NCBI GenBank assembly: GCA_900768465.1
Contig: CAAGCY010000024.1
Location: 75,794-139,793, forward strand
Length of the DNA stretch: 64,000 nucleotides
Origin: Alphaproteobacteria bacterium
GTDB lineage: Bacteria; Pseudomonadota; Alphaproteobacteria; CAAGCB01; CAG-977
Direction: 5' to 3'
The number at the start of each line of letters is the position of its first letter. The first letter of the stretch is position 1. The position numbers and the translations under genes are program-made. The notes beneath the pieces are model-generated. The model ran no database searches. It saw nothing but the letters and a program-made list of their open reading frames with translations, and was not told where the DNA came from. Positions 21,783 through 32,064 of this stretch are shown here, piece by piece.

Positions 21783-23039
21783 TCAAACCGTTAAGGGCGG
21801 CATCCATTCCGCCGTTTGCACCAAAGGAAACACGGGCGAAAAAACCGCCTGACGAGCCATTTGATTCTGTTTATACCCCAAATGCGGGACAATACAAAGC
21901 TTTTCCTTGTCGAAAATCGCGGGCAAAGTCGGAATGACGCGTTTCGGGATTTTCAAATCCGTTTTTACCGCCCGACCCAACGCTCCGACGGTCAAGCCCC
22001 GCATATTCGCTCCGTTTCCGAAAACGGCAAAGCCGCCCCAGTACGCAAAGCCCGTTTCATCAAACGCCGCGGGGGGCGGCAAAGCGCGCTCCTCGCGCCA
22101 AATCAGCACCCGCCGCCGCGCCAAAGGAGCAATCCTGCACCCGCCCAAAGTACAGCCGCGAAAGCCGCTTTTAAGGCGGGAAACCAGCGATTCGACCGCC
22201 GTTTTTTCAGGCGCGTAAGGAACATTCGCGACAACGCGCAAAATCTCGCCCAGCGCATACGGCAAAACGGGACAACCCGTAAGAAAAGCGTCTTGTTCCA
22301 AAACGGCGTACCCCATGGGGGACAGCGTTAAGAATCGGGCATAAAAGGCGGCGGTTTGCTCCTCTGTTTCCCGCCGTTTTTTCCCGTAAACCAACGTTTG
22401 GCGAAAAGCCTCCTCCAGTTCGGCGGATGTCGCCGTTTGCCTTAACCGTCCGCGTTCAAACCGTGTCGAGGCGTTGGTCGGGTCTTCCACCCAGTTTAAC
22501 CCGTTTTCGCGCGCGAAAGCCCGCAATTCGGACGGCTCAATCCCCAGAAAAGGACGCAACATTCTGCCGAACGCAAAGCTTCTGACCGCGGACATGCCCG
22601 CCAGTCCGACAGCGCCGCTGCCCCGCGCCCGCCGCATCAGGAAAGTTTCGGCTTGGTCGCGTTTGTGATGTCCCAACAGCAGGTTTTCGATTTTCAGCCG
22701 GCGGCACGCGTCAAACAACAACGCATAGCGATGTTCCCGCGCGGCTTGCTCGACGCCCGTTTTGGGCTTTTCGCCCCGCCAAACCAGAATTTCCGATTCA
22801 ACGCCCAGCTTTTCCGCCCATTGAGCCACATGCCGCGCTTCGGCGGCGGATTCGGAACGCAAACCATGGTCTACCGTCAGGACGACAACCTTGTTTTTAT
22901 TTTGTTTGCCGAAATCGGCGGCGGCTTTCATCAACGCCATGCTGTCCGCGCCGCCCGACACGGCAACCGCCAAAGCGTCGCCCGACCCCACGCCGAACGC
23001 CGTCATCGCACGCGCGAAAAAGTCGGGAATCAACGGCAT
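21783..23039 (-). CDS. tilS: tRNA(Ile)-lysidine synthetase
   Basis: PP-loop SGGADSMAL. Start set at the ATG at 23039 (MPLIPDFF..), which overlaps the cpoB stop by 10 nt. The 500-aa track ORF would overlap cpoB by about 250 nt, so its N-terminus is considered spurious. Confidence 0.75.
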   Translation of the reverse strand: MPLIPDFFARAMTAFGVGSGDALAVAVSGGADSMALMKAAADFGKQNKNKVVVLTVDHGLRSESAAEARHVAQWAEKLGVESEILVWRGEKPKTGVEQAAREHRYALLFDACRRLKIENLLLGHHKRDQAETFLMRRARGSGAVGLAGMSAVRSFAFGRMLRPFLGIEPSELRAFARENGLNWVEDPTNASTRFERGRLRQTATSAELEEAFRQTLVYGKKRRETEEQTAAFYARFLTLSPMGYAVLEQDAFLTGCPVLPYALGEILRVVANVPYAPEKTAVESLVSRLKSGFRGCTLGGCRIAPLARRRVLIWREERALPPPAAFDETGFAYWGGFAVFGNGANMRGLTVGALGRAVKTDLKIPKRVIPTLPAIFDKEKLCIVPHLGYKQNQMARQAVFSPVFPLVQTAEWMPPLTV

Positions 23040-23914
23040 GAAAGCTTGTTCATTTCCTTTTGCAGACGTTTGGTCATGCTGTCCGACACTTTGGGATATT
23101 CGGTCAAAAAGTTTTTGAACGCAATGCAGGCTTCCTGTTTTTTGTTCAATCGCGCCATGGTCAGCCCCAGCTTGAACAGGTTGTCGGGCGCTTTCTGACT
23201 GTCGCGGTATTTTTGGAATCCTTCGGCGAACGCAACGGCGGCTTTGTCGAACTGTCCGCGCGCGAAATAAGATTCGCCCAGCCAATATTGGGCGTTCCCC
23301 GCCAAAGAATTTTTCGGATGCAGTTCCAAAAACGCTTCAAACTGTTTTTCGGCGTTTTTGTAGTTCTGTTTTTTGATGGAAGCGAACGCTTCGTTATACA
23401 AAGTCTTGGCTTCTTTTTTACCGTAAGTCGCCTTGATTTTGTCTTTTTTGTCTTTTTCGGCTTTTTGCGCGGCGGCTTCTTTGTCTTTGCGTAGTTTTTC
23501 GGCGGCTTTCAACGCTTTTTCGGCACGTTCTTTTTCCTCGTTGGCTTGGCGCAGCTGACGTTCGATTTCCTTTATGCGGTTTTCCAAATCGATAAAGCGC
23601 TGATTGTTGTCCTCTTGAATCCGTTTTTGTTTTTCCGCTTCTTCTTCGCGTTCAAAAGTCATGCGTTCGACATCGCCCGTCAGCTGGCGGACGTTTTCTT
23701 CCAAATCCTGCGCTTGAACAACGGCGGCGTCCGTTTTGTCGTCGGCGGGGCGCTTTGTCGAACCGACATAGTTGTTTCCCAATTTTTTATTCAAATTTTT
23801 CATCGACTTTTCCAGCTTGTCCATTCTGTCGGACAAATCGGCGACAGTCGCGCAATCCCCCGCAACAGGCATCAGCACAGATACGGACAACAGCAAACAA
23901 AACAGAATTTTCAT
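23030..23914 (-). CDS. cpoB: Tol-Pal system protein CpoB/YbgF (coiled coil plus C-terminal TPR)
   Basis: Signal peptide, a long coiled coil and C-terminal TPR repeats (YWLGESYFARGQFDKAAVAF..). Its position after pal is the expected one. Confidence 0.8.
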   Translation of the reverse strand: MKILFCLLLSVSVLMPVAGDCATVADLSDRMDKLEKSMKNLNKKLGNNYVGSTKRPADDKTDAAVVQAQDLEENVRQLTGDVERMTFEREEEAEKQKRIQEDNNQRFIDLENRIKEIERQLRQANEEKERAEKALKAAEKLRKDKEAAAQKAEKDKKDKIKATYGKKEAKTLYNEAFASIKKQNYKNAEKQFEAFLELHPKNSLAGNAQYWLGESYFARGQFDKAAVAFAEGFQKYRDSQKAPDNLFKLGLTMARLNKKQEACIAFKNFLTEYPKVSDSMTKRLQKEMNKLSCR

Positions 23915-23985
23915 GGTATTCGCCCCAAATAAAAAAAGAGTGCTTTCGATTATAAAAGCACTCTTTCCGTTAAGCTACTGTTTTT

Positions 23986-24414
23986 TTATTCCGTAACGAT
24001 GACCGTCACGGCGCGTCTGTCCAATTTACGGGATTGAGGCGTGTTTTTTGTGGACGCCAAATCGCGTTCGCCAAACGAAACGACGCTGACGCGGTTCGAA
24101 TTGATGCCATTTTCCACAAAATACGCTTTGACGCTTTCGGCGCGTTCCATCCCCAGTTTCCAGTTATGGGCGGTTGAACCCGTCGGATCGGTGTAGCCTT
24201 GAACAATGACGTTTTTGTTCGGATTTTCCTTCAGCCACGCAATTTGTTTATCCAGCACTTGTTTGCTTTCAGGGGTCAAATCCGCCTTGTTTTGGGCGAA
24301 CATCACCTTGTCCTGCTTGAACGTTTCACGGAACGCTTCGCAAGTTGTTTCGCGGTTTGCGCACCCTGTTACAACCAACAACGCGCCCAAAGCCCCCAAT
24401 ACGATTTTTTTCAT
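23986..24414 (-). CDS. OmpA-family lipoprotein, divergent Pal paralog
   Basis: Lipobox LVVTGC and an OmpA-like domain (VIVQGYTDPTGSTAHNWKLGMERAESV). Start at the ATG at 24414, 6 nt after an AGGAGG RBS. Confidence 0.75.
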   Translation of the reverse strand: MKKIVLGALGALLVVTGCANRETTCEAFRETFKQDKVMFAQNKADLTPESKQVLDKQIAWLKENPNKNVIVQGYTDPTGSTAHNWKLGMERAESVKAYFVENGINSNRVSVVSFGERDLASTKNTPQSRKLDRRAVTVIVTE

Positions 24415-24430
24415 TGTCATCCTCCTTAAT

Positions 24431-24462
24431 AAAAAAAGCACCCTTATTGTAGGGTGCTTTTT
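24431..24462 (-). terminator. Rho-independent terminator or attenuator between pal and the pal paralog
   Basis: On the minus strand: GCACCCU, loop ACAAUA, AGGGUGC, followed by U7. Confidence 0.55.
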
Positions 24463-24482
24463 CAAATCGGATAAGCTGTCAA

Positions 24483-24962
24483 TTAGTCTTTGACAACCGT
24501 AACCGCACGGCGATTCTGAGCCCAAGCGGCTTCATTCGCACCGATAACGGCGGGACGTTCTTTGCCATAGGAAATCACGTCAATGCGATCGGCGTCGACA
24601 CCGGCGGAAATCAGATAGTTTTTAACGGCAACGGCGCGGCGTTCGCCCAAAGCGATGTTGTATTCGCGCGTACCGCGATCGTCGGTGTGTCCCTGAACAA
24701 CAACGTTCTTTTCAGGATTCGCCTGCAACCATTCGGCTTGGGCTTTCAACACGTTGCGCGCTTCTTCGTTCAAGTTCGATTTATCGAAACCGAAGAAAAC
24801 GCGGTCTTTGGCGTTCTGAACAAAGTTCTGATCCTGTTCGGCAACGTCGGCAGAGGCGCCGACCGTCGTCATGGAGGACGATTCTTCGTCAACGGTGTCT
24901 GTGGAAGCGCAAGCGGAAACCAAAGCCATCGCAGCCAACACGGCAACTAAACGTTTTTTCAT
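24483..24962 (-). CDS. pal: peptidoglycan-associated lipoprotein Pal
   Basis: Lipobox LVSAC and the canonical Pal OmpA domain (NVVVQGHTDDRGTREYNIALGERRA). Start at the ATG at 24962 with a GGGAGA RBS. Confidence 0.9.
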   Translation of the reverse strand: MKKRLVAVLAAMALVSACASTDTVDEESSSMTTVGASADVAEQDQNFVQNAKDRVFFGFDKSNLNEEARNVLKAQAEWLQANPEKNVVVQGHTDDRGTREYNIALGERRAVAVKNYLISAGVDADRIDVISYGKERPAVIGANEAAWAQNRRAVTVVKD

Positions 24963-25069
24963 CAACAATTCTCCCAATATAGAAAACAATGTTACAAATC
25001 GTGAATAGAATTTAAAAGATTTCCGCGTTCTTCGCAACCTTTTTTTAGCCTTTTGTTTAAATTCTTTTT

Positions 25070-26392
25070 TCAGTGGTCGGACAACAGCGGCGACCACGCG
25101 GGGTCGGACGCGTCGACGGGAGTCAGCAAACGCCGTTCGTTATACCCCGTAATATCGACCGCATAGATTTTCGTCGCCCCCGGAATTCCCCGTCTGTCGG
25201 GAGCTTCCTGCCGGAAATAAATCAAGATACGCCCGTTCGGCGACCATGTCGGACCTTCGACCAAATAGCCTTCAGCGACCAATCGTTCGCCTTTGCCGTC
25301 GGGGAACATCACGCCGATATAGAACTTGCCGCCCGCCATTTTCGTAAAAGCGATGTAATCGCCGCGCGGCGACCATACGGGCGTTGCGTAACGTCCTTTG
25401 CCGAAGCTGATGCGGCGCATGTTTTTACCGTTCGCGTTCATGACATACAGCTGTTGCCCGCCGCTTCTGTCCGAACTGAAGACGATTCTTTTGCCGTCGG
25501 GCGAATAGCTGGGCGACGTTTCAATCGACGGCATGTGCGTCAGCTGTTTGACGGCGCGGGTATCCAAGTTCATTTCGTAAATTTCCGTATTGCCGTTTTC
25601 CGCCATGGACATCACCAGCTTGTGTCCGTCGGGCGAAAAACGCGGCGCGAAGGTCATACCCGGAAAATCGCCGACGACTTGCTGTTTTCCCGTTTCGATG
25701 TCAAACAAATAAACGCGGGGCGTGTCTTTATAATAGGACATATAGGTGATTTGCTGCATGTTCGGCGAAAAGCGCGGCGTCAGAACCAAATTGATGCCGT
25801 CCGTCAAAAACTGGTGGTTTTCGCCGTCCTGATCCATAATCGCCAACCGTTTGACGCGGCGCAAAGGCGTTCCCGTTTCGGCGATGTAAACGATGCGGGT
25901 GTCGAAATATCCCGCTTCGCCCGTAATGCGCTTGTACACGGCGTCGGCAATGATGTGAGCGACGCGCCGCCAGCCTTTTTCGTCGATTTCAAAGCTGGAG
26001 GAATACATTTCCTGCGCCGCGGGAACATCCCACAACCGCACGGAAATTTTGATTTGCTTGGCATTGACGTATTCGACGGCGCCTTGAATCAAGGCTTCGG
26101 CGGAAATCGCCTGCCAATCGACAAAGCGCGGGGAATCGTCGATATTTTTGAATTTCTGCAAATAAGCGAAAGAATCCAAAATCCGAAACAGACCGGAGCT
26201 TTCCAAATCGGACTGCACCACGCCCGTGATTTTGCGCGAAAATTCGGCGGATTTTCCATCCGTTGACGAAAAAACGGGCAAAGCCGTCGCCATCGGTTCG
26301 GAACGCGCGCCCGTAATATCGATGCTCAATTCGGCTTTTGCCGATTGCGCAAAAGCCAATACCACAAACACAGCCGTCAAAAACTTTTTCAT
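25070..26392 (-). CDS. tolB: Tol-Pal system beta-propeller protein TolB
   Basis: Signal peptide, TolB N-terminal domain and WD-like propeller repeats. Confidence 0.95.
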   Translation of the reverse strand: MKKFLTAVFVVLAFAQSAKAELSIDITGARSEPMATALPVFSSTDGKSAEFSRKITGVVQSDLESSGLFRILDSFAYLQKFKNIDDSPRFVDWQAISAEALIQGAVEYVNAKQIKISVRLWDVPAAQEMYSSSFEIDEKGWRRVAHIIADAVYKRITGEAGYFDTRIVYIAETGTPLRRVKRLAIMDQDGENHQFLTDGINLVLTPRFSPNMQQITYMSYYKDTPRVYLFDIETGKQQVVGDFPGMTFAPRFSPDGHKLVMSMAENGNTEIYEMNLDTRAVKQLTHMPSIETSPSYSPDGKRIVFSSDRSGGQQLYVMNANGKNMRRISFGKGRYATPVWSPRGDYIAFTKMAGGKFYIGVMFPDGKGERLVAEGYLVEGPTWSPNGRILIYFRQEAPDRRGIPGATKIYAVDITGYNERRLLTPVDASDPAWSPLLSDH

Positions 26393-27384
26393 CAGCCCAC
26401 TCCGCCGTCAAAAGGATTAAACCGCAACAACAGCGTTTTCCACGCGTCGTAAGATTCTTCATAATTTTTGGAAAAGATTGCGAACGGCGATTTTTCCTGT
26501 TTCCGATCGCATATATACACCGCGCGGCGCGCGCTTTCCGCCGCCGAACGGAACGCGGAATCTTTGTTGTAGCGTTTCGTGTTCAAAATTTTCGCGTCTT
26601 TGACCCGTCCTTCCTTGGACAGGAAAACGCGGATTTCGATAATCATATTTTGCGCCCCGCGCACGCCCGCGTCCATATTCCAACATTCACGCAAACGCAG
26701 TCCGATAAGGTCTTTTTCCGACACGGACAATTCCTGCATATAACTGCCGCCCGCGCCGCCTTCTATGCCTTCGGTCACAATTTCGTCGGGATTGACATCG
26801 GCGGCGTCTTCGCCCGCTTTGCCCATGCCGCTTTTGATGCCGTCAACGGAAGCCAGCAGCGTTTTAAACGGATCGTCCGCGCCCGATTTTCCGCCGTTTC
26901 CGCCCGCGCCTGAATTTTTCAGACTGTTCAGCATGGACGCCACCACCGCATCGGTTTCGGACGACTGCTTCTTGGTCACTTTCGTCAGCACTTTGTTCAA
27001 ATCGTTGGACAGATGCGCGCCCGAAGCCGACTTTGCCCCCGCCCCCGAACCGCCGCGGCTCAGCGAAGCGCCCGCCTTGCTGTACGACGACGTTTTAACG
27101 GATTTTTGCGCGGAAACGGCAGTCTTTTTCGTTTTATCCAGCTTGGGCGGCAAGTTCGTCATTTCGCCGATTTTCACTTTGTCCAAATCGACGACGAACA
27201 TCGGCACGGAAACGACTTTGTCTTTGGCTTCGACCGACAGGAAATCCACCGTCAGCAACACAACGACAATCAAATGCAGACTGACGGACAGCACCATCGG
27301 AGCGTGTTCGCGCGCGTACCGTATCAGTTTGACCAGATACGGATGACGGCGCAAAAACGACAAAACGGTCTGACGGATGTTCAA
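26392..27384 (-). CDS. tolA: TolA (short form; TonB-C-like C-terminal domain)
   Basis: N-terminal TM anchor, a Gly/Ser/Ala-rich linker and a TolA/TonB C-terminal fold. It sits between tolR and tolB and overlaps the tolB start by 1 nt. Confidence 0.75.
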   Translation of the reverse strand: MNIRQTVLSFLRRHPYLVKLIRYAREHAPMVLSVSLHLIVVVLLTVDFLSVEAKDKVVSVPMFVVDLDKVKIGEMTNLPPKLDKTKKTAVSAQKSVKTSSYSKAGASLSRGGSGAGAKSASGAHLSNDLNKVLTKVTKKQSSETDAVVASMLNSLKNSGAGGNGGKSGADDPFKTLLASVDGIKSGMGKAGEDAADVNPDEIVTEGIEGGAGGSYMQELSVSEKDLIGLRLRECWNMDAGVRGAQNMIIEIRVFLSKEGRVKDAKILNTKRYNKDSAFRSAAESARRAVYICDRKQEKSPFAIFSKNYEESYDAWKTLLLRFNPFDGGVG

Positions 27385-27393
27385 AGCGGTGTC

Positions 27394-27858
27394 CTATTTT
27401 TTCTTTGCGGGTTTATCGTCCAAAGCGTCCGTTCCCAGCGTATCGCCCGTTTTCAAACCGACTTTGGCAATTCCCGCCAAACGCAGCAGGCTCATGACTT
27501 CGATGACTTGCCCGTACGACGCCGCGCGATCGCCGCTGATAACGACTTTTAAATCGGGATTGCTTTTTTGCATGGCTTTGACGCGTTTGACCAAAGCGGC
27601 GGGTTTGACGACCTCGTCGCCCAGATAGATTTTGGATTTCGCGTCGACGCTGATATCGACGGCGCGGTCGGAATCCTCCATCGCCTGTCCGTCGCCGCGC
27701 GGCAAATCCAGCGAAACACCCGTCGTCATCATCGGCGCGGTTACCATAAAGATAACCAACAGCACCAGCATGACGTCCACCATCGGCGTTACGTTGATTT
27801 CCGAAAACGAAGCGCGCTGTCTTTGCCCGCGGCTGGAAAATTTAACCGAAGCTCCCAT
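27394..27858 (-). CDS. tolR: TolR (ExbD/TolR family)
   Basis: INVTPMVDVMLVLLVIFMV signature. Its start overlaps the tolQ stop. Confidence 0.9.
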   Translation of the reverse strand: MGASVKFSSRGQRQRASFSEINVTPMVDVMLVLLVIFMVTAPMMTTGVSLDLPRGDGQAMEDSDRAVDISVDAKSKIYLGDEVVKPAALVKRVKAMQKSNPDLKVVISGDRAASYGQVIEVMSLLRLAGIAKVGLKTGDTLGTDALDDKPAKKK

Positions 27859-28595
27859 TAAACGGCACTCCGTTTTTCCGAACGGCTGGCGGTGTCGTCA
27901 ATGCGGCGCGACAAAATGGTTGAAAACTCTCCCGCAAAGTTTTCCAATATTTTGCCGTACCGTCCCATATCGCTGGACAGTTTGTTGTACGCCAAAACGG
28001 CGGGAATCGCCGCGACCAGCCCCAAAGCCGTCGCGAACAAAGCTTCGGCAATGCCGGGGGCGACAACCGCCAAAGACGTGTTCGAGCTTGCCCCGATGTT
28101 GTGAAAGCTGTTCATAATGCCCCACACCGTTCCGAACAGCCCGATAAAAGGCGACACCGACCCCGTGGACGCCAAAAAAGTCAGCCGTTTTTCCATCCTG
28201 TCCATTTCGCGGTCCATGGTGATTTGCATCACGCGGTCAATGCGCTGTCCCAAGCTGGTGCCGTGAACGCCCGTCGTCAAAGCCCCCGACGACCGCCGCC
28301 ATTCGCGCATGGCGGCAACGAAAATCGCGCTCATCGGGTCAAGGCGGTACGGTTTGGCTTCCAGCTGATCGAACATATCGTCCAGCGAACCGCCCGACCA
28401 AAACTGCGTTTCAAATTTCCGCGCGTCTTCGCGGGCGGAGCGCAGCAGCATCACTTTTTCAAAGATAATCGCCCACGACCAGACCGAAGCCATGATAAGA
28501 GCGATAATCACGGTTTTGACGATAAAGTCCGCCTGCAAAAACAATCCCCACATGGACAGATTGGTCGCGGCGGCTTGCAAAGTAGCGGCTTGCAT
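27858..28595 (-). CDS. tolQ: TolQ (MotA/TolQ/ExbB proton channel)
   Basis: Three TM segments and the MotA/TolQ/ExbB signature in the C-terminal half. Confidence 0.9.
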   Translation of the reverse strand: MQAATLQAAATNLSMWGLFLQADFIVKTVIIALIMASVWSWAIIFEKVMLLRSAREDARKFETQFWSGGSLDDMFDQLEAKPYRLDPMSAIFVAAMREWRRSSGALTTGVHGTSLGQRIDRVMQITMDREMDRMEKRLTFLASTGSVSPFIGLFGTVWGIMNSFHNIGASSNTSLAVVAPGIAEALFATALGLVAAIPAVLAYNKLSSDMGRYGKILENFAGEFSTILSRRIDDTASRSEKRSAV

Positions 28596-28608
28596 AAAAA
28601 AGGTCTCC

Positions 28609-28638
28609 CTTAAACTGATTCGTTTTTGTCAGTTTAAG
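28609..28638. repeat. perfect 10-bp inverted repeat in the ybgC-tolQ intergenic region
   Basis: CTTAAACTGA, a 10-nt loop, then TCAGTTTAAG. On the mRNA the hairpin lies just 5' of the tolQ RBS (GGGAGA). Confidence 0.6.
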
Positions 28639-28677
28639 ACACAAACCTTAACGGAAAGCAAAAGAGCGGTCTTATTT

Positions 28678-29082
28678 TTACATCGATTCGGCGAATTTTT
28701 CGCGAATCGGCGCGGGGATACGCGTCGGCTTGCCCACGCCCGCAACGGCAAGGGCGTAGACTTTGATTTCGACCAGCGTTTCATCGCCGCGCTTGACGGT
28801 CTGCAGCAAATCGAACGTTGCGCCGCCGATTCTCAGCACTTGCGTTTCCACGGTCAGCTCGTCTTCCAGCAAAGCGGGACGTTTGTATTCGATTTCCAGC
28901 TTGTGAATCATAAAGCCGCAGGGTTTTTCCGCTTTTTCCAAATCGCGGCATGAAATCCCCAATTCGTGCAGCATTTCCATGCGCGCGCGTTCCGCCATGT
29001 CGATATAGCGGGAATGATAGACAACGCCGCCCGCATCCGTATCGGCATAGCAAATCGAAAAATGAGCTTGAAACGTCTTCAT
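28678..29082 (-). CDS. ybgC: acyl-CoA thioesterase YbgC (4HBT family)
   Basis: HVSICYADTD..VYHSRY.. hotdog-fold signature, in the expected position ahead of tolQ. Confidence 0.85.
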   Translation of the reverse strand: MKTFQAHFSICYADTDAGGVVYHSRYIDMAERARMEMLHELGISCRDLEKAEKPCGFMIHKLEIEYKRPALLEDELTVETQVLRIGGATFDLLQTVKRGDETLVEIKVYALAVAGVGKPTRIPAPIREKFAESM

Positions 29083-30236
29083 CGGTCATTCATCTTCAGT
29101 TTATTGACAACCATCTGCGTTTGTGCGGCTTGTTTTTCTTTCTGCCGTTTGACTTGGCTTTCCTGCACATAAGTCAGATTCGAAACCGTGCCGTCTATTT
29201 CAAGAGGATACATGAAAGAGGCGGAAACATCCTTGAATCCCGTCTTGGTTCCCAAAATACTGCTCGCCACTTGCGTTTCAAAATAAACATCCCGCGACAG
29301 ATAAGCCGTTTCCGGCGCCGTCAGCAAACTGCCATCCTTGGCGTACGTTTTGCCGCCCAGCTGACACACGGCGCGAATCAGTTCATCGGTATCAATCCCT
29401 TTTTGGAATTTGTCTTGCAGCTGATCGGCGGACATTTTGATGGAAACGTTGGTATGAAATTCCGCCAAAGAGACGTCATACAGCTTCGCATACGGCTTAT
29501 CTTTGTACCACGCCAGCATCGTGTTGCGCATGGTTCTATTTTTATCCTTGCCGTATTTTTTCGCGCCCGCTTCAAACGTATCCGCAATATCTTTGTGTTC
29601 TTCCCGTATGGATTTCCACGCCGCGCTGTCGCCTGCCTGCGCCAGTTCGTAAGAAAACTTGGTTTGCGTCGCAACGGCATCCGCTTCCATCACGCGCGAC
29701 ATAATCGTGTTGGTGTAGAACGTATTGTCAGCATCCAAGCTTCTACCCAGCGAAAAGCTCTGAACGGAATGTTTGCCTTCGTGGATCAAGCACGACTGCA
29801 GCATTGCGTCGTCAAAAATTTTGTTCAGACAAATCGAATTGTTGTCGGGATCGAAAAATCCTACCGTTCCCGACCCCGCATCAGCGATTGTCAGCACGGT
29901 ATTCTGTTTTGAGATATTTTTCAAAATCTCGCATCCCGTTTCGGATTTTGTCGCCTTGTCAACCAATCCCTGCAAACGGGCGAACGACGCGCTGTCCGTT
30001 CTTTCGGCAAGATACGAACAAATCGTGTCGCCTTTTTCCGTAATGGCATAAGCCGTTACCTGACCGGATTCCTGCGTTTGGTCGGTATGCGCCCTGACGT
30101 TTGAAGCAAAAGCCCCCGCCAGCACCATGGACACCGCAGCGACTTTGACCGCCTGCCGTTCGGCAAAAGCTTTCGCCCCGTTTTTGAATTTTTTGATACC
30201 TTCTTTGGAAAAGAATTCGGACACGGAATTTGACAT
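29079..30236 (-). CDS. membrane-anchored HExxH zincin-like protein, paralog A1
   Basis: N-terminal cytosolic segment plus TM or signal anchor (AVKVAAVSMVLAGAFA); conserved Cys residues; LIHEGKHSVQ, an HExxHxxQ motif, with ..MEADA.. 28 aa downstream as a candidate third zinc ligand. Its stop overlaps the ybgC ATG (ATGA). Confidence 0.7.
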   Translation of the reverse strand: MSNSVSEFFSKEGIKKFKNGAKAFAERQAVKVAAVSMVLAGAFASNVRAHTDQTQESGQVTAYAITEKGDTICSYLAERTDSASFARLQGLVDKATKSETGCEILKNISKQNTVLTIADAGSGTVGFFDPDNNSICLNKIFDDAMLQSCLIHEGKHSVQSFSLGRSLDADNTFYTNTIMSRVMEADAVATQTKFSYELAQAGDSAAWKSIREEHKDIADTFEAGAKKYGKDKNRTMRNTMLAWYKDKPYAKLYDVSLAEFHTNVSIKMSADQLQDKFQKGIDTDELIRAVCQLGGKTYAKDGSLLTAPETAYLSRDVYFETQVASSILGTKTGFKDVSASFMYPLEIDGTVSNLTYVQESQVKRQKEKQAAQTQMVVNKLKMNDR

Positions 30237-30248
30237 TGTTTTTTCTCC

Positions 30249-31376
30249 TTAACGTCCTTGAGTTTTTTGCCGTGCAATCATTGTTGCAACAATTTGTTTG
30301 TAGGTTTGCCGGGACACCTTTCCGTCTTTGCGCATATAGAAATTGTCCATGCTTTCGTCACCGTTGAAGCCCAACGTCTTGGACACCAGCCTGTTGCTGA
30401 CGTTTGCCATTTTATCACGCGTTTCAACATTCAGCCAAGCCGTGCGCGGCGTGTTCAGGACAGAGCCGTCCGTTCCCGCGTATTTGACGCCTTTGTATTG
30501 GCAGGTATTCGATAGCAAAGCATCGACATCCGCCGTTTTTGAAAAACGGGACAGCAGGGAAACGCCCAAAGCTTCATCAACCTTTTCGGCATGCCCCTCG
30601 GCCATAGTTTCGTCATAAATGCTGACATAGTCTTTGTCGTCGTACCAGCTCAGCATTGTTTCCTTTAACGCCCGCGAACTGCCTTTGCCGTATTTTTCGC
30701 TGGCGGCGGCGTAAGTATCAACCATGCCCTTGTGGCGGATTTTCATCATTTTCAGCGCCGCACTGTCCCCCTGCTCCGCCATTTCAAACGAAAACAGCGT
30801 CTGCATTGTCATGGCGTCAGCCTCTGTTATACGAATGTTTTTCAGATTGGATTCAAAATTGTAACGGTTGGTTCTTTGCGGAACGCGTTGATTTTGCAAA
30901 GCATGTTCGCCTTCGTGAATCAAAACGGACTGCAAATCGGCGTCGCCGTGCTGTTTGCCCAAGCAAATCGAATTATCGTCGGGCAGAAAATAACCCAAGT
31001 TGTCTTCGCCCGAATAATCCAAGCGCAGAGTCGTTCCCGCTTTGGCAATTCCTTTCAGGATTTCGCATCCCGATTCGGTTTTCGTCGCGGCGTTGACCAG
31101 TTTTTGCAAACGCGCATAGTCGGCATCGCTCATCGGAATCGCCTGATAAGCGCACAACGTATCGCCGTTTTCCTTGACGGCATAAGTCGTCCGCGGCTTA
31201 ACGGCGTTGCTTTCCGGCGCGGACTGTTTTGTACAAACCGCAAAAGCCCCCGCCAAAACCGCCGATGCCACCAACGTTTTCGGTAAATTCCGCCCGAAAG
31301 CGGATTTGATTCCGCTTTTAAAGCTTTTGATGTTTCCTTTGGACAGGAATTCCGAAACCGATCCGCTCATCACCAA
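30249..31376 (-). CDS. membrane-anchored HExxH zincin-like protein, paralog A2
   Basis: About 40-50 % identical to A1 along its full length. Shared motifs include SVSEF, E(T/S)GCEILK, DNNSICL, LIHEGEHALQ, TEADA and TMLSWYDDK. Lies 12 nt upstream of A1. Confidence 0.7.
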   Translation of the reverse strand: MVMSGSVSEFLSKGNIKSFKSGIKSAFGRNLPKTLVASAVLAGAFAVCTKQSAPESNAVKPRTTYAVKENGDTLCAYQAIPMSDADYARLQKLVNAATKTESGCEILKGIAKAGTTLRLDYSGEDNLGYFLPDDNSICLGKQHGDADLQSVLIHEGEHALQNQRVPQRTNRYNFESNLKNIRITEADAMTMQTLFSFEMAEQGDSAALKMMKIRHKGMVDTYAAASEKYGKGSSRALKETMLSWYDDKDYVSIYDETMAEGHAEKVDEALGVSLLSRFSKTADVDALLSNTCQYKGVKYAGTDGSVLNTPRTAWLNVETRDKMANVSNRLVSKTLGFNGDESMDNFYMRKDGKVSRQTYKQIVATMIARQKTQGR

Positions 31377-31390
31377 ACATCCCGAATGTT

Positions 31391-32041
31391 TTATCTGCCG
31401 CCCTGTTTCAGATTCAACGCGGTAATCATGCCGCCCGGATTGCCCAGCCCCGAAGCGTACAAAGCCTGCACTTCTTTTTTATAAGTCGATTCGGGTGCAA
31501 GCGCTTTTTTCATTTTTTTCAAAGCAAACAAAGCGCGCTTGACATCGCCGTATTTTTGCACGTCCCATTCTTCTTTGGCAACTTTGTCGGGTTTTTCTTC
31601 CGTCCCCTGTGCCGCAACTTTTGCCACACCCGAAAACAACACCGCCGCACCGGCGGACATCGCGGCAACCGTCGCGGGTTCGTATCCCAGCCCCGCAGCA
31701 ACACCGGCAAGAACCGCGGACGCACCCAGCACACACGCGGCTTTAAAAGCCTTTTCCGGCGCTTTCATTCCGAACGCCTCTTGCACTTTTGTTTTCAACG
31801 GCGTTTCTTTGGCAATGGCGGCATACTGTTTTTCCAAAGATTCGACCGTCTTCAGTGCATCGGCTTTATTGTCGACGTGCAACGGATGTTCCCGCATGAA
31901 ATCGTCCGCCACTTTTCCGCGTTCGCGCTTTGAAACGCCGTTTGTAAAACAGTCCAAAGCCCCCAAGTACATATAAACTTGAAGCGTCGTCTTGGTATCC
32001 GCTTTTTCGGAACGCGTGGATTTGCTCAGTTCGATTGCCAT
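31391..32041 (-). CDS. glycine-zipper membrane protein with conserved basic tail, paralog B1
   Basis: Soluble N-terminal region, then two Gly/Ala-zipper hydrophobic segments (AACVLGASAVLAGVAAGLGY..AAMSAGAAVLFSGVAKVAA), then a basic tail. ATG at 32041 with a GGGGAG RBS; the track start at 32068 is a TTG. Confidence 0.65.
   Translation of the reverse strand: MAIELSKSTRSEKADTKTTLQVYMYLGALDCFTNGVSKRERGKVADDFMREHPLHVDNKADALKTVESLEKQYAAIAKETPLKTKVQEAFGMKAPEKAFKAACVLGASAVLAGVAAGLGYEPATVAAMSAGAAVLFSGVAKVAAQGTEEKPDKVAKEEWDVQKYGDVKRALFALKKMKKALAPESTYKKEVQALYASGLGNPGGMITALNLKQGGR
31405..31557. repeat. about 153-nt direct repeat, copy 1 (3' end of B1)
   Basis: About 96 % nucleotide identity to 32082-32234, with the first ~70 nt identical. 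Confidence 0.85.
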
Positions 32042-32064
32042 TGGAAACACTCCCCGTTTTAAAA

